From contig NC_135252.1 of assembly GCF_964204865.1 (NCBI RefSeq), positions 18,042,001-18,106,000 on the forward strand: a stretch of DNA of 64,000 nucleotides, given 5' to 3'. The stretch's first letter is position 1. Each line of letters opens with the position of its first letter. Positions 62,280-64,000 of the stretch are shown piece by piece. The position numbers were made by a program, and so were the translations under genes. Below the pieces are notes generated by a model. That model saw nothing but the letters and a program-made list of their open reading frames with translations. It was not told the origin of the DNA and made no database searches. The stretch is from Styela clava (taxonomy: Eukaryota).

Positions 62280-64000
62280 TAATTTTGGGCCTACTATTCT
62301 GAGGACTATTTTAAAGATACCGCCGTTGGCGAAATCTCAAGGTCGGCGACGAAATCCTATGCGTACAATTTATTACGAAAAAGTCAAAGCAATATTACTC
62401 TGAAATACTGCAGCAATCTGTGTAGATAAAATACGTACACTCATTTGTTTGCGATATTGGGAATTTGACAAATTTGAGCTGTTTTGGAACACTATTACTC
62501 ATTATTATTTGTAAGACATGGCCGTCAGAAAAATCCCAAGTTCGGCGATAAATTTCCAAATATTACAATTTATATCAGAATGATAAAAAATTTATTGAAC
62601 CTATTTTTTACATTGATAAATCATATCATTATCATAATCTGGGAAAGGAGTCGAGTGCGACCTGGCGGAAATTTAATTAAGTATGGATAATGGAATGTAT
62701 AAACTTCAGTGACTGCGATATATTGTTTACGAACAAATATTCAGGAATGATCTAAAATAAAGTGGGTAATCTGTTGCTGTACTCCTGAAACAAATCTTAT
62801 AGCATTTTCCGTTATCTTTTAAACACTGCTATATGTATATATATAGTATGACACCGCTTTTTATTCCTAATATTCACTTTCTTATCTTAGGTTGTATTTG
62901 GCGTTTTGTCTCAGATGATTGTATAACAACTAGTTTTTCACACCTAACGACGAGAAATTCTTCATCAACGTCCTCAAACCATGTCCGTAGGAATACTTAT
63001 GAAAAAGGGAGAAATCGTGAAAATATAGTTTATCAGCATAATAACGTTGTTCATGGCCTAAACTCTAAATAACCACGTCCTGCTGAAAAAAAAAACGATC
63101 GGCGATTCTGACAAAATTTGATATTTCGAGAATGCGCCATCGCCGCTTGGTTACCCTTTTGTATTTTTCGCCCCCTGTTTTTCTCTTTGTCCCCCTGGGA
63201 AGATATCGCCCACTTTGAGACACACTGTCCTAGTGTTGGAGACATGTTAGCGTTGTCAGCTTTACCAATCAAATAATATCTTTCGAAAATGTCGGAACCG
63301 TAACGATGAATTTATAGACTCATTTCGACATCTAGTGGTATTTCTGAAAATAAAGCAATACCCATGCAGCACAATTAAATTGCAGCCCCTTATCTGTAGA
63401 CAATGTTTATATTCTTCTAGTAAAATCAATACTTTTGGCATTGAAATGATTTTTTTTTTAAATTGGAACAATTATAGTATGTACGTATTCCTGCATTTAA
63501 AAGAGATTTTGACGCATGAATTTCATTTGCACCTGTATATTATTACCGACTCACTCAAGATAAAGAAGTTGCGATAATATCCTATACCACTCAAAACCTG
63601 ATTGTTCTTCGCTTCAAAAACTTACAAAAGTTCAAAGGAATAACTCCACAGTTTTTTTATCAACTCCATGAGTTCTGACAACGATTTCAATAAAGGTAGT
63701 CGTGTTCTATGCTCCCTATGCTGGACCTACTGCTTTTGAAGTCTACGAAACAATAATTTCTTTAAATGCTTGTTCAAACATGAATGTCGAAATGTTAAAT
63801 GTCGAAAAATCATAAATGATATTATTTTATATTGACTGAAATTTCCCAATAAGTGTAATTACTAGTGCAAAGTAAATATTACAACACGATGCTCCACCAT
63901 TTGGCCATTTAAATATCATATATCTAACTTGTTATATTGTTCATAATAATGTTATGATCGAAGTAACTGTTATTGAAGTAAATCTACGCACACTCACGCA
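62280..64000 (+). repeat. Inverted segmental paralog of the receptor B upstream region (~53240-55540)
   Basis: 63781-64000 is the reverse complement of ~53245-53477, 63250-63770 of ~54175-54925, and 62280-62550 of ~55260-55540. Confidence 0.85.

Overview
AT-rich, intron-containing animal genomic DNA with compact introns and many hAT-type MITEs. An invertebrate chordate such as an ascidian is my guess and cannot be proven from this window. The window holds a tandem cluster of related cell-surface receptor genes. (1) 1-8550 (+): the 3' part of a receptor protein tyrosine phosphatase (RPTP), with a membrane-proximal ectodomain, TM, a catalytically intact D1, a degenerate D2 and a YSNF tail. (2) Two apparently intact 17-exon genes on the minus strand, receptor A (14428-27498) and receptor B (42268-52986), each 802 aa as spliced by hand. 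Their architecture is signal peptide, C-type lectin, compact C-type lectin, Ig, 2x FN3, RPTP-type membrane-proximal domain, TM, then a short tail with an ITAM (YETI-x6-YEDI) and two more tyrosine motifs, and no phosphatase. (3) Three pseudogene relics of the same family, plus an inverted copy of the upstream region that predicts another member just beyond the window. The main observation is that the two RPTP ectodomain exons visible here and their introns are close paralogs of those in the ITAM receptors, and the homology stops in the phase-1 intron just before the TM exon. A shared ectodomain region is therefore joined either to a phosphatase or to an ITAM, which suggests a paired-receptor (immune or allorecognition-like) system. 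All gene models were spliced by eye; there is no transcript evidence.
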